DNA of 64,000 nucleotides from Pseudomonadota bacterium (GTDB taxonomy: Bacteria; CALINM01): contig JAOABK010000003.1 in assembly GCA_026418415.1 (NCBI GenBank), forward strand, positions 1,685-65,684, read 5' to 3'. The translations under genes were made by a program, and so were the position numbers. Below the pieces are notes generated by a model, which did no database searches, had not been told where the DNA came from, and saw only the letters and a program-made list of their open reading frames with translations. Below are positions 19,802-27,934 of this stretch, piece by piece. Position 1 is the stretch's first letter, and every line of letters starts with the position of its first letter.

Positions 19802-20446
19802 TTACTTAAGCTTATAAATCAAAATAACTGGATAACCATCTTTTGCTGGTAGAATCATATCATTTCCCCGAAAGTAGGAGTTTGGAGTAATAAATCTCTG
19901 AATAGAATTTGTCATTGGATAATTTGCATTACTTGTTATTGAAATCCAGCAACTTTCAAGACAGGTAATACACCCTGTTTTCTGTTCTTCTGAAGCTAAT
20001 CTATTTCCACCAAATTTAATTCTGAAACCCCTTCCAGAGGAATCTTTAAAAATATTTTCTAATTGATACTCCTTACCATTAACAATAGCTGTAACTATAA
20101 GTTCATCGCCTTCTACATATTTGCCCACACTATCTTTATTGAGATTGTTGCCTGGTTTTGCACCGATCTTAATTAGGGCATCATAAAAATCAAGTTGATT
20201 ACAATAGGCTTTTAAAATAGCCCTGTCACCGAATCTCCCATCTTTGAAAACTACTCCCCAATGGACAGTTGGCTGGTAAAGGTGCATAACATTTACTTCT
20301 GTATATATAAGAACCGCTTTATTTCTTTCATCAATTATTAAAGGTTTTTCCTTTATGGGAAGTACATTTAAAGAAACAGAAAAAGCTTTTGAACAAAGAA
20401 AAACAAGAATAAACAAAAAAACCTTACTCGTCTTTACCATAACCAA
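19802..20446 (-). CDS. Hypothetical secreted protein with CxxCxxxC motif
   Basis: Signal peptide; conserved-looking core with TGCITCLESC motif; first gene of the minus-strand operon. Confidence 0.4.
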   Translation of the reverse strand: MVMVKTSKVFLFILVFLCSKAFSVSLNVLPIKEKPLIIDERNKAVLIYTEVNVMHLYQPTVHWGVVFKDGRFGDRAILKAYCNQLDFYDALIKIGAKPGNNLNKDSVGKYVEGDELIVTAIVNGKEYQLENIFKDSSGRGFRIKFGGNRLASEEQKTGCITCLESCWISITSNANYPMTNSIQRFITPNSYFRGNDMILPAKDGYPVILIYKLK

Positions 20447-20517
20447 TTTTCTTGATGATTTTAATTAATGAGAAAATCAGTAGTCAAATCGGAAATATTA
20501 ATTAAAATATTTTTTTT

Positions 20518-20534
20518 TATAGATATTATCTATA
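20518..20534. promoter_or_regulatory. Perfect 8-1-8 palindrome TATAGATA-T-TATCTATA in a divergent promoter region (candidate operator)
   Basis: Read directly: tatagatattatctata; lies in the ~180-bp AT-rich gap between divergent operons. Confidence 0.35.
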
Positions 20535-20628
20535 GAAAATTAAATTAAAATAGTCTCAAATTTTTGACAAAATATTTAAAATCTTTTTTTGTATACATTT
20601 TTTTTATTTAGAAATTATAATATAGTGA

Positions 20629-21870
20629 GTGAAGATAAAAGTCTTTTTTATCAAAAATAGTCATAATTTCTATAGTTTAGCTACTCTTCTTTCCGCAGTA
20701 GAGAACTTACAAAATATCTATCCTGAAATAATCCCCTATGCCTTCTTAATAGACCTGAATATTAAAAACCTTCCCTATGATAAAATTATTTTTTGTTTTT
20801 CCTATAACACAATTTCTTTCTATAGTGAATATGATGAGCTAAAAAAAACTATTAAGAATTACAAGAGTGATAAAACTTATTTTCTCGCAGGCGGTCCTCA
20901 CCCTTCTGCTAAGCCTGAAGAATTACTAAATATGGGATTTAATACCGTCATAATAGGTGAGGGGGAACAAGCAATTATTGATTATCTCCAAATGCTGAAA
21001 AATAATATAAATCCACCAAGGATATTAAGAAAACAAGTTTCAGAGTTAGACTATTTCCCTTCTTTCCCATGCAAGTCTTTTACTTACAAACCAATAGAAA
21101 TTTCAAGAGGCTGTCCTTACGGTTGTTACTTTTGCCAGACTACCTATCTTTTTTCGAAAAAAATGAAACATAGAAGCATAGAAAATATCAAGTCCCACGT
21201 TACTAACGCCTTCGAAAGAGGCATTAAAGACTTTAGATTTATTACACCAAATGCTTTGGGTTATGAAAGTCATGGCAACAAACCAAATACAAAGGCAATA
21301 AAAACCCTACTTTCTTCAATCAGAGATATTATTAAAGATAAAGGGCGAATCTTTTTTGGTACCTTTCCTTCTGAGGTTAGACCTGAGTTTCTAAATGAAG
21401 AAGTTTTGAAAATTTTAAAAGATCATGTTGATAACAAAAGAATTCATATTGGTTTGCAATCGGGTAGTGAATCGATGCTAAAAAAATCTCATCGGGGGCA
21501 TACTGTATCAGACGTTGAAAAGGCAATAGAAGTTTGTATTAAAACTGGTTTTGAAATAGATATTGATATAATATTAGGCATGCCAAATGAAACACAAGTT
21601 GATATGGAAAGGACTATGGATTTTATAAAAAAATATGCAAGTGAAAAGTTAAGTTTTCATGTTCATTACTTTATCCCATTACCAGGGACCCCTTGGTCAG
21701 ACTATCCTCCCACCCCGCTTCCTGAACAATTTAAAAAGGAACTCGAAGTATTAGTCGGAAAAGGAAGGCTTTGGGGGGCATGGAAACGTCAAATGGAGTA
21801 TTTTAAGCTAATTGAAACAAAAAAAACTTTTAATATTAATGAATTAGATTTAAAATTAACCTCATGTTAG
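20629..21870 (+). CDS. B12-binding-domain / radical SAM protein
   Basis: N-terminal Rossmann-like B12-binding-type region; radical SAM CxxxCxxC (CPYGCYFC). Confidence 0.6.
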   Translation: MKIKVFFIKNSHNFYSLATLLSAVENLQNIYPEIIPYAFLIDLNIKNLPYDKIIFCFSYNTISFYSEYDELKKTIKNYKSDKTYFLAGGPHPSAKPEELLNMGFNTVIIGEGEQAIIDYLQMLKNNINPPRILRKQVSELDYFPSFPCKSFTYKPIEISRGCPYGCYFCQTTYLFSKKMKHRSIENIKSHVTNAFERGIKDFRFITPNALGYESHGNKPNTKAIKTLLSSIRDIIKDKGRIFFGTFPSEVRPEFLNEEVLKILKDHVDNKRIHIGLQSGSESMLKKSHRGHTVSDVEKAIEVCIKTGFEIDIDIILGMPNETQVDMERTMDFIKKYASEKLSFHVHYFIPLPGTPWSDYPPTPLPEQFKKELEVLVGKGRLWGAWKRQMEYFKLIETKKTFNINELDLKLTSC

Positions 21871-23879
21871 AAAAGATTAAAATTAAAAAGCCTATTTTGC
21901 ATATTTCTTTGTATATACTCTGCATAGCTATGTTTGCTCAATTTTCTCTAAGCCTTATTCTAAATGTTGTTGGATACTATTTTGATATGAAGGAGACAAT
22001 TAGAAAAACTGGGGAATCAAAAATAGATAAAATAAACAATTTTATTGAAAGAATTGTTTCCCTGGGAGTACCCATAAACGAAATTGCACAATTAAATCAA
22101 GAGTTAGAAAAAGAAGTAAAGGATGACGTATTTCAATTTTTCACTGTAGTAGATGAAAATAATAATATCCTCTATCACAGCGATCCAATAGTGGTAGGAA
22201 CAAAATTCCCTATCGAACAAAATAAATTAGAGGCAAAGAGAGAATTAAAAGTAACAATATTTCCCTATAACGATGTTTTTCTTATTTCAAAACCAATTTA
22301 CGATTATAAAAAGACAAAAGTTGGCTTCATAATTGCAGCATATTCTCCAAACATAATCTATAAGAAAGTCTTCTGGGTTTTCTTAAGAGCCTCCTTTGCT
22401 TCATTTATAACTGGAATTTTTGGTATTGCTTTAATAGTTTACTTTTATAAAAAACAGATTCAAAAACCTTTAACTACATTGTTAGAAGGGCTTGAAAAAT
22501 TTAAAGAAGGTAAATTTGAAGAAATTCCAATAGTAGATGAAGATACTGAAATCAGTGCGATCATCTCTTCAATTAACAATATGGTAACAACTCTAAAAAA
22601 GACCTTTATAGAAAAAGAAACTCTTCTAAATAAACTAAAAAATGAAGAGGAAAAATTAAGAAAAATTATAGAAAAAACTGAAATGGGAATAGCGGTAATA
22701 AAAAATGATAAATTTGTATTTGCAAATCCTGGTTTTTTAAAAATATTAAAAATAGATTATACCTATCATTTAATTGGCAAGAGTATATACGATTTTTTCT
22801 CGCCCAGTGAAAGATTTTATTTTCGTGAAGCCTTCAATGAAGTATTAGAAACAGGACAGAAAAAAACTTTTGACACTGTTAAAATGTATGATGCACAAAA
22901 TAATGAAATCTTTTGTTCTCTGGAAGCTTCGATTCTTGAAACTTCAGAATGGGGCAAAAAACTTCTTAATCTTACCTTCCAAGATATAACAGAGAAAGTA
23001 TATTTTATGGAAGAACTAAAATCCAAAAATAAAGAGTTAGAGCAACTCATTGAAAAATATAAGTCAACACAGTTAGCTCTTCAAATAGCAAACGAAAAAT
23101 TAGAAAATGCATTGACAGCTGTAGAAAAGGCAAATGAAGAGCTCAAGAAGATTGATAATATGAAAGATGTTTTCTTCTCAACAATAACTCATGAATTAAA
23201 AACACCTCTTTCCCTAATTCATGGTTATATAAGCATTTTAAAATCTGATAGTAATGTTAAAGCATCAAATATGACGCTTGATATTGTAAATGCCATCGAA
23301 AGAGGAGCAAAAAGACTAACAAGCCTGACTGAAGAAATAATGGAGCTTATGAAAATCAGGTCTGGCAAACTGGTTCTTAATCCGACGCTAACCTATTTAA
23401 AATTTATAATAAACCCTCTAATAAATGAGTTAGATCCTCTATTGAAATCAAAAAATTTACATATTGAATTATACAACATTGAACAAATGCCCATGATCAG
23501 TTTAGATACAAAGAAGTTTGAAACTGCATTAAGAAATATAATCGTAAATAGTATAAAATATTGTAAAGAAAACGGAAAAATCATTATAAACGCCACACAA
23601 GAAAATATAGACGATAAAAAGTTTATCAAAATAGCCATTTCAGATGAGGGGTGCGGGATCTCTCCTTTTAATATAGAAAAGATTTTTACCGAGTTCTTTA
23701 CATTACCTCCACCTCAATCTGGAAAGGAACTTCCAATTAGAGGAACTGGTTTAGGCTTATCAATAGCAAAGGGTATAATAGAAGCCCATGGCGGTAAAAT
23801 ATGGGCAGAAAGCCCTGGCTATGATCCAGAAAACAATCCAGGTACAACCTTTTTTATAACAATTCCTATTATTGATTAA
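21864..23879 (+). CDS. Sensor histidine kinase (2 TM periplasmic sensor, HAMP-like, PAS, HisKA, HATPase_c)
   Basis: H-box HELKTPLSLIHGY; G-boxes GTGLGLSIAKGIIEAHGG; TM segments; PAS-like region. No cognate response regulator adjacent. Confidence 0.8.
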   Translation: MLEKIKIKKPILHISLYILCIAMFAQFSLSLILNVVGYYFDMKETIRKTGESKIDKINNFIERIVSLGVPINEIAQLNQELEKEVKDDVFQFFTVVDENNNILYHSDPIVVGTKFPIEQNKLEAKRELKVTIFPYNDVFLISKPIYDYKKTKVGFIIAAYSPNIIYKKVFWVFLRASFASFITGIFGIALIVYFYKKQIQKPLTTLLEGLEKFKEGKFEEIPIVDEDTEISAIISSINNMVTTLKKTFIEKETLLNKLKNEEEKLRKIIEKTEMGIAVIKNDKFVFANPGFLKILKIDYTYHLIGKSIYDFFSPSERFYFREAFNEVLETGQKKTFDTVKMYDAQNNEIFCSLEASILETSEWGKKLLNLTFQDITEKVYFMEELKSKNKELEQLIEKYKSTQLALQIANEKLENALTAVEKANEELKKIDNMKDVFFSTITHELKTPLSLIHGYISILKSDSNVKASNMTLDIVNAIERGAKRLTSLTEEIMELMKIRSGKLVLNPTLTYLKFIINPLINELDPLLKSKNLHIELYNIEQMPMISLDTKKFETALRNIIVNSIKYCKENGKIIINATQENIDDKKFIKIAISDEGCGISPFNIEKIFTEFFTLPPPQSGKELPIRGTGLGLSIAKGIIEAHGGKIWAESPGYDPENNPGTTFFITIPIID

Positions 23880-25242
23880 AGATATTTATTAAAGTTTTAG
23901 CAATTATTGGTATTTCCTCATCCCTAACTGTTCTAAAATCAATTATGCAGGCCTGTTCTTTTCTTCTTGCAACTATAGGTGGACTGGAATGTAAAAGCCT
24001 TAACACCAAATCCTCTTCTGATATAAGGGGATGCTTAATCCTTAAAACACAGGTTTTCAATTCAACCCCTGGAAGACTTCCACCACCTGGAGCTGAATAA
24101 TCTGTTGTTAATTGGAAAAATTCTTTATCTATCTTAGATCTTAATAGCTTTAATAATCTTTTACCACGCTTTGTTATAACTTCGATTGGTTCTAAAAGCA
24201 TACTCAATACAGGAGAGTAACCATATGCGCTTATAGACAAATAACTAAAGAGTCTTTCTAAATAATATAAAGTAAATTTATCGGGTCTAAGAGCTCTATA
24301 CATAGGATTTTTTTTCATCAATTCTATTAAATCCTTTCTTCCTACGATTATTCCAGCCTGAGTGCCTCCTAAAAGTTTGTCACCACTAAAAGATATTATA
24401 TCAACACCCTTTTTAACTTCTTCATCTATTATTGGTTCGGCATTACTAATGTTTTTTATAACTGAAATCGCACCACTTCCCTCATCAAAGTAAAGGGGTA
24501 AATTATATCTTCTTGATAACTCAACCAGTTGTGTAGTTGAAACTTCTTCCACAAATCCTTTCAGGACAAAATTGCTTCTATGAACCTTTAAAATTAATCC
24601 CGTATTGTCATTTATTGCCCTTTCATAATCAATAGGCTTGGTTTTATTTGTTGTTCCAACCTCTTTCAATATTGCTCCCGATGCCTTCATTATTTCTGGT
24701 ACTCTAAAAGAGCCACCAATTTCAACAAGTTCCCCCCTGGACACTATAACTTCTTTGCCCTGTGCTAAGGTATTTAATACTAAAAGACACGCTGAAGCAT
24801 TATTATTAACTACAAGAATATCCTCTGCACCAAACAAATCTGGTTTTAGATGCTTTAGACGAGAACCTCTTTTCCCTTCTACCAGATCAAATTCAAGATC
24901 TGAATAGTTACAAAGAAGAGGCTTTATCTCATCTATTATCTTTTCAGAAAGTGGAGCTCTGCCTAAATTTGTATGGATTACCGTTCCGGTGGCATTAATA
25001 ACCCTCTTTATCTTTGGAGATGATATCTTTCCTATAAATTTTTTCAAATTATCAGTAAAATTTACATTTGAAAATAGATCTTCTTTTTCTTCAAAAGTAC
25101 CATTTTTTATCGACTCTCTTTGCTCATCAAGCATAAGAGTAATTGCTCTTTTTACAATTTCCTTTGGAAAATCAATACCCTCTTTCTCTGCCCTTTCTAA
25201 AAGTATGTCCATCTTTGGTAAATAATCTTTAAATTTATTCAT
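23869..25242 (-). CDS. selA: L-seryl-tRNA(Sec) selenium transferase
   Basis: SelA motifs INATGTVIHTNLGRAPL, VSRGELVEIGGSFRVPEIM, PLP-Lys region FSGDKLLGG; ~457 aa. Confidence 0.85.
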   Translation of the reverse strand: MNKFKDYLPKMDILLERAEKEGIDFPKEIVKRAITLMLDEQRESIKNGTFEEKEDLFSNVNFTDNLKKFIGKISSPKIKRVINATGTVIHTNLGRAPLSEKIIDEIKPLLCNYSDLEFDLVEGKRGSRLKHLKPDLFGAEDILVVNNNASACLLVLNTLAQGKEVIVSRGELVEIGGSFRVPEIMKASGAILKEVGTTNKTKPIDYERAINDNTGLILKVHRSNFVLKGFVEEVSTTQLVELSRRYNLPLYFDEGSGAISVIKNISNAEPIIDEEVKKGVDIISFSGDKLLGGTQAGIIVGRKDLIELMKKNPMYRALRPDKFTLYYLERLFSYLSISAYGYSPVLSMLLEPIEVITKRGKRLLKLLRSKIDKEFFQLTTDYSAPGGGSLPGVELKTCVLRIKHPLISEEDLVLRLLHSSPPIVARRKEQACIIDFRTVRDEEIPIIAKTLINIFNQ

Positions 25243-26408
25243 AGCTCTATTTTTTCCATTTGACTTAAAACATATTTTCTAATGTGGTTATCATCGGGCA
25301 GATCACAAACTACCTCACCTTTATCAATTAAAACTTTAAGTATATTATCAGTATCACCACCACATTTACATCTTTTCTTAATCCCCATAGGGACTACAAG
25401 ATCATTCTGACATAACTTACATCTTAGAACATCTTTTCTCCCCGAATGCTTACCCCTTTTTGCACAAAGTACACCTTCCACTTCCACAATGTCCATTGAA
25501 AAATCAATTGTAGAAGCTGAGCTTATTGCAGTGCCTACACCATAGCCATCGCAAAACTCATTTAAATTTTTAATTTTCTCTTCATTTATGCCACCTGAAA
25601 CCATAATCTTGACCCTTTCAAAGCCTCTTATATTCAGTTCCCATCTTACCTCATCAAGAAGCCCCTTAAAATCTCCTCTTCTTGAACCCGGTGTATCAAG
25701 CCTTATTCCATATAGTTTTTCCTTAAGAGCCTCTGCTACCCTAATGGCTTCAAACTTCTCATCTAAAAAGGTATCTATTAAAACTATTCTTGGAACCTCT
25801 GGTGGTATGATTTTATCGAAGGCTTTACTCGCTTCAACTGTATCACCAAAAATTAGTATTAAAGCATGGGGCATTGTACCTGTTGGTTTAATTCCCAAAA
25901 GATCAGCAGAAAGAATAGTTGATACACCATCACAACCACCAATATAGGCACTTCTCTCTATCATAGGAGCTATTGATGGATGCATTCGCCTCGTGCCAAA
26001 ACTTATCACTGGTCTGTGTTCAGCGGCTTTTTTACACCTTGCTGATTTTGTTGCAATACCAGAAGATTGACATATAAAACCAAGCAATGCTGTTTCATAA
26101 ATCCCAAAATCTAAATAATTACCAACAACTTCCATCACAGGTGTCCATGATCTAAATATAGTTCCCTCTGGAAATGCTCTTAATGTTATTTTTTTACCCT
26201 TTAGAAGATTTATTACCTCTTTAAGCCCTGTAAAAACACCAAAATCAGTTCCTTCTGGAAAACCTTTTACTATAAATTCTGCTGAAACAATCTTGTGAAT
26301 CCCATAGGCACTAAGTACCTGTTTTGTTCTTTCAAAATAAATATCTGTTACAAGCCCCTCTTTTATCTCCTCCTCTGTTGCAATAAAAAAATCTCTCTCC
26401 TTTTTCAT
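25239..26408 (-). CDS. Nicotinate phosphoribosyltransferase (archaeal/short type) with C-terminal Zn-ribbon
   Basis: NAPRTase-family motifs (FGTRR, TMPHALIL, SGGINE) and terminal CKLC...CKCGG. Confidence 0.7.
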   Translation of the reverse strand: MKKERDFFIATEEEIKEGLVTDIYFERTKQVLSAYGIHKIVSAEFIVKGFPEGTDFGVFTGLKEVINLLKGKKITLRAFPEGTIFRSWTPVMEVVGNYLDFGIYETALLGFICQSSGIATKSARCKKAAEHRPVISFGTRRMHPSIAPMIERSAYIGGCDGVSTILSADLLGIKPTGTMPHALILIFGDTVEASKAFDKIIPPEVPRIVLIDTFLDEKFEAIRVAEALKEKLYGIRLDTPGSRRGDFKGLLDEVRWELNIRGFERVKIMVSGGINEEKIKNLNEFCDGYGVGTAISSASTIDFSMDIVEVEGVLCAKRGKHSGRKDVLRCKLCQNDLVVPMGIKKRCKCGGDTDNILKVLIDKGEVVCDLPDDNHIRKYVLSQMEKIEL

Positions 26409-26929
26409 ATTAATTCTGCCCCTAATACATACTTCATGTCTTTGTAAATATAGGCTTTGTCTTCCTCATTCAACGCAGATACCCCATCTTTTATAACATA
26501 GACACGCAATCCTCTAAGAGTTGCCTCCATAGCACAAAAATATACACAAATATTTAGTACACATCCAGTTAAGTATAAATCAGTTATTCCTAATCTCTTC
26601 AAAAGCTCCTCTAATTCTGTTTTATAAAAGCTTGAATATGTTGTTTTCTTTACAATAAACTCACTTTCAGAATCAAGTTTTGGTTTTAAATCCTCAACTA
26701 TCTCAGCACCCCAACTCCCAGATACAGCATGAGCAGGCCATTTTTTAAATTCTACATCATCGGGGCTATGGTTATCACAGATATATATTATGTAATCATT
26801 GTTTTTTCGAAATTTTTCTAACCATTCACTAATAACTGGAATAATTTTTTCGTTCTCTGGCACAAATAAAGAGCCCTCTTTTCTTGAAAAGTCATTTAAC
26901 ATATCTATTATTAGCAAAGCCTTTTTCAT
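26405..26929 (-). CDS. pncA: Isochorismatase-family hydrolase, probably nicotinamidase
   Basis: LLIIDMLNDF (Asp), catalytic Cys in LTGCVLNICV; adjacent to NAPRTase. Confidence 0.7.
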   Translation of the reverse strand: MKKALLIIDMLNDFSRKEGSLFVPENEKIIPVISEWLEKFRKNNDYIIYICDNHSPDDVEFKKWPAHAVSGSWGAEIVEDLKPKLDSESEFIVKKTTYSSFYKTELEELLKRLGITDLYLTGCVLNICVYFCAMEATLRGLRVYVIKDGVSALNEEDKAYIYKDMKYVLGAELI

Positions 26930-27094
26930 TATTTAAAACACCCTAACTGACATTCAATTATCTTTATGCCCAATTCATTTGCCATATTACCAATATCCTT
27001 GAGGGATACATTATTTTCTTCTGAAATTTTGAAAGCAAGTTTACAAGGAAGTTTTTTATCCTTAGCCTTTTCCAAAAGTAAAGCTTTTAAACTA
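26921..27094 (-). CDS. Small hypothetical protein (57 aa) with C-terminal ECQLGCF motif; below ORF-track length cutoff
   Basis: My translation: MDRDSLKALLLEKAKDKKLPCKLAFKISEENNVSLKDIGNMANELGIKIIECQLGCFK; fills the gap between pncA and rsmI. Confidence 0.35.
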
Positions 27095-27097
27095 TCC

Positions 27098-27934
27098 CTA
27101 TCCATTTTTTACCTCCTGCCAGATTTTATACAATTGATTTCTCCTAACATTTTTCAACTCCTCAAACCTGAGTAAATCTTTAAAACTATATCCCGCTCTC
27201 AATTTTTCTCTAACAAAGTCCTTAATAAAATTAACATCAAGAGTACCTTTCAAATTATCATCTTTGGCCCCTTCAACAATTAATGTAACTTCTCCCTTTA
27301 ACTCTCCAAGATTTGGTAAGATTTCCTCTATATATCCAATTCTTAGCTCTTCAAAATATTTTGTCAACTCCCTTGCAATACAAACCTTTCTATTGCCAAA
27401 ATATTTTAAGATCTGCTCAAGATTTTCACCCAAATCCCTTCCTGGAACAAAAAAGACAATAGTATGGGGTAAATTTTTTATTTGTAAAAGCCTTTTTTCC
27501 CTTTCTCCTCTTTTTTTTGGCAAAAAACCCTCAAAGATGAACCTATCTCCTATAAAACCAGAAACTGAAAGGGCTGAGGTAACCGAAGATGGACCTGGAA
27601 TGGAAACAACTTTAATACCCCTCTCATGTGCTTTACTTACAATTATTGCACCGGGATCTGAAATCAAAGGTGTACCTGCATCAGTTATTAATGCTAAGTT
27701 CTTTCCCTCTTCCAACAAGGATAAAATTTTATCGGATTTTTCTTTCTCTTTAGGTTTGTAATAAGAATAAAGAGGTTTTTTTATCCCATATTTTTCAAGG
27801 ATTATAACCGATTTCTTTGTATCTTCACAAATTATTGCATCAACCTCTTTAAGTACCCTTAATGCCCTAATGGAAATATCTTCTAAATTTCCAATTGGTG
27901 TTCCAACTACATATAGAATGCCTTTTTCTTTCAT
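27098..27934 (-). CDS. rsmI: 16S rRNA (cytidine1402-2'-O)-methyltransferase
   Basis: N-terminus GILYVVGTPIGNLEDISIRALRVLKEVD typical of RsmI. Confidence 0.8.
   Translation of the reverse strand: MKEKGILYVVGTPIGNLEDISIRALRVLKEVDAIICEDTKKSVIILEKYGIKKPLYSYYKPKEKEKSDKILSLLEEGKNLALITDAGTPLISDPGAIIVSKAHERGIKVVSIPGPSSVTSALSVSGFIGDRFIFEGFLPKKRGEREKRLLQIKNLPHTIVFFVPGRDLGENLEQILKYFGNRKVCIARELTKYFEELRIGYIEEILPNLGELKGEVTLIVEGAKDDNLKGTLDVNFIKDFVREKLRAGYSFKDLLRFEELKNVRRNQLYKIWQEVKNG

Noticed and set aside
20447-20628. Possible cobalamin riboswitch upstream of the B12-binding radical SAM gene
   Set aside because: The region is extremely AT-rich, and I could not see the conserved B12-box or GC-rich helices.
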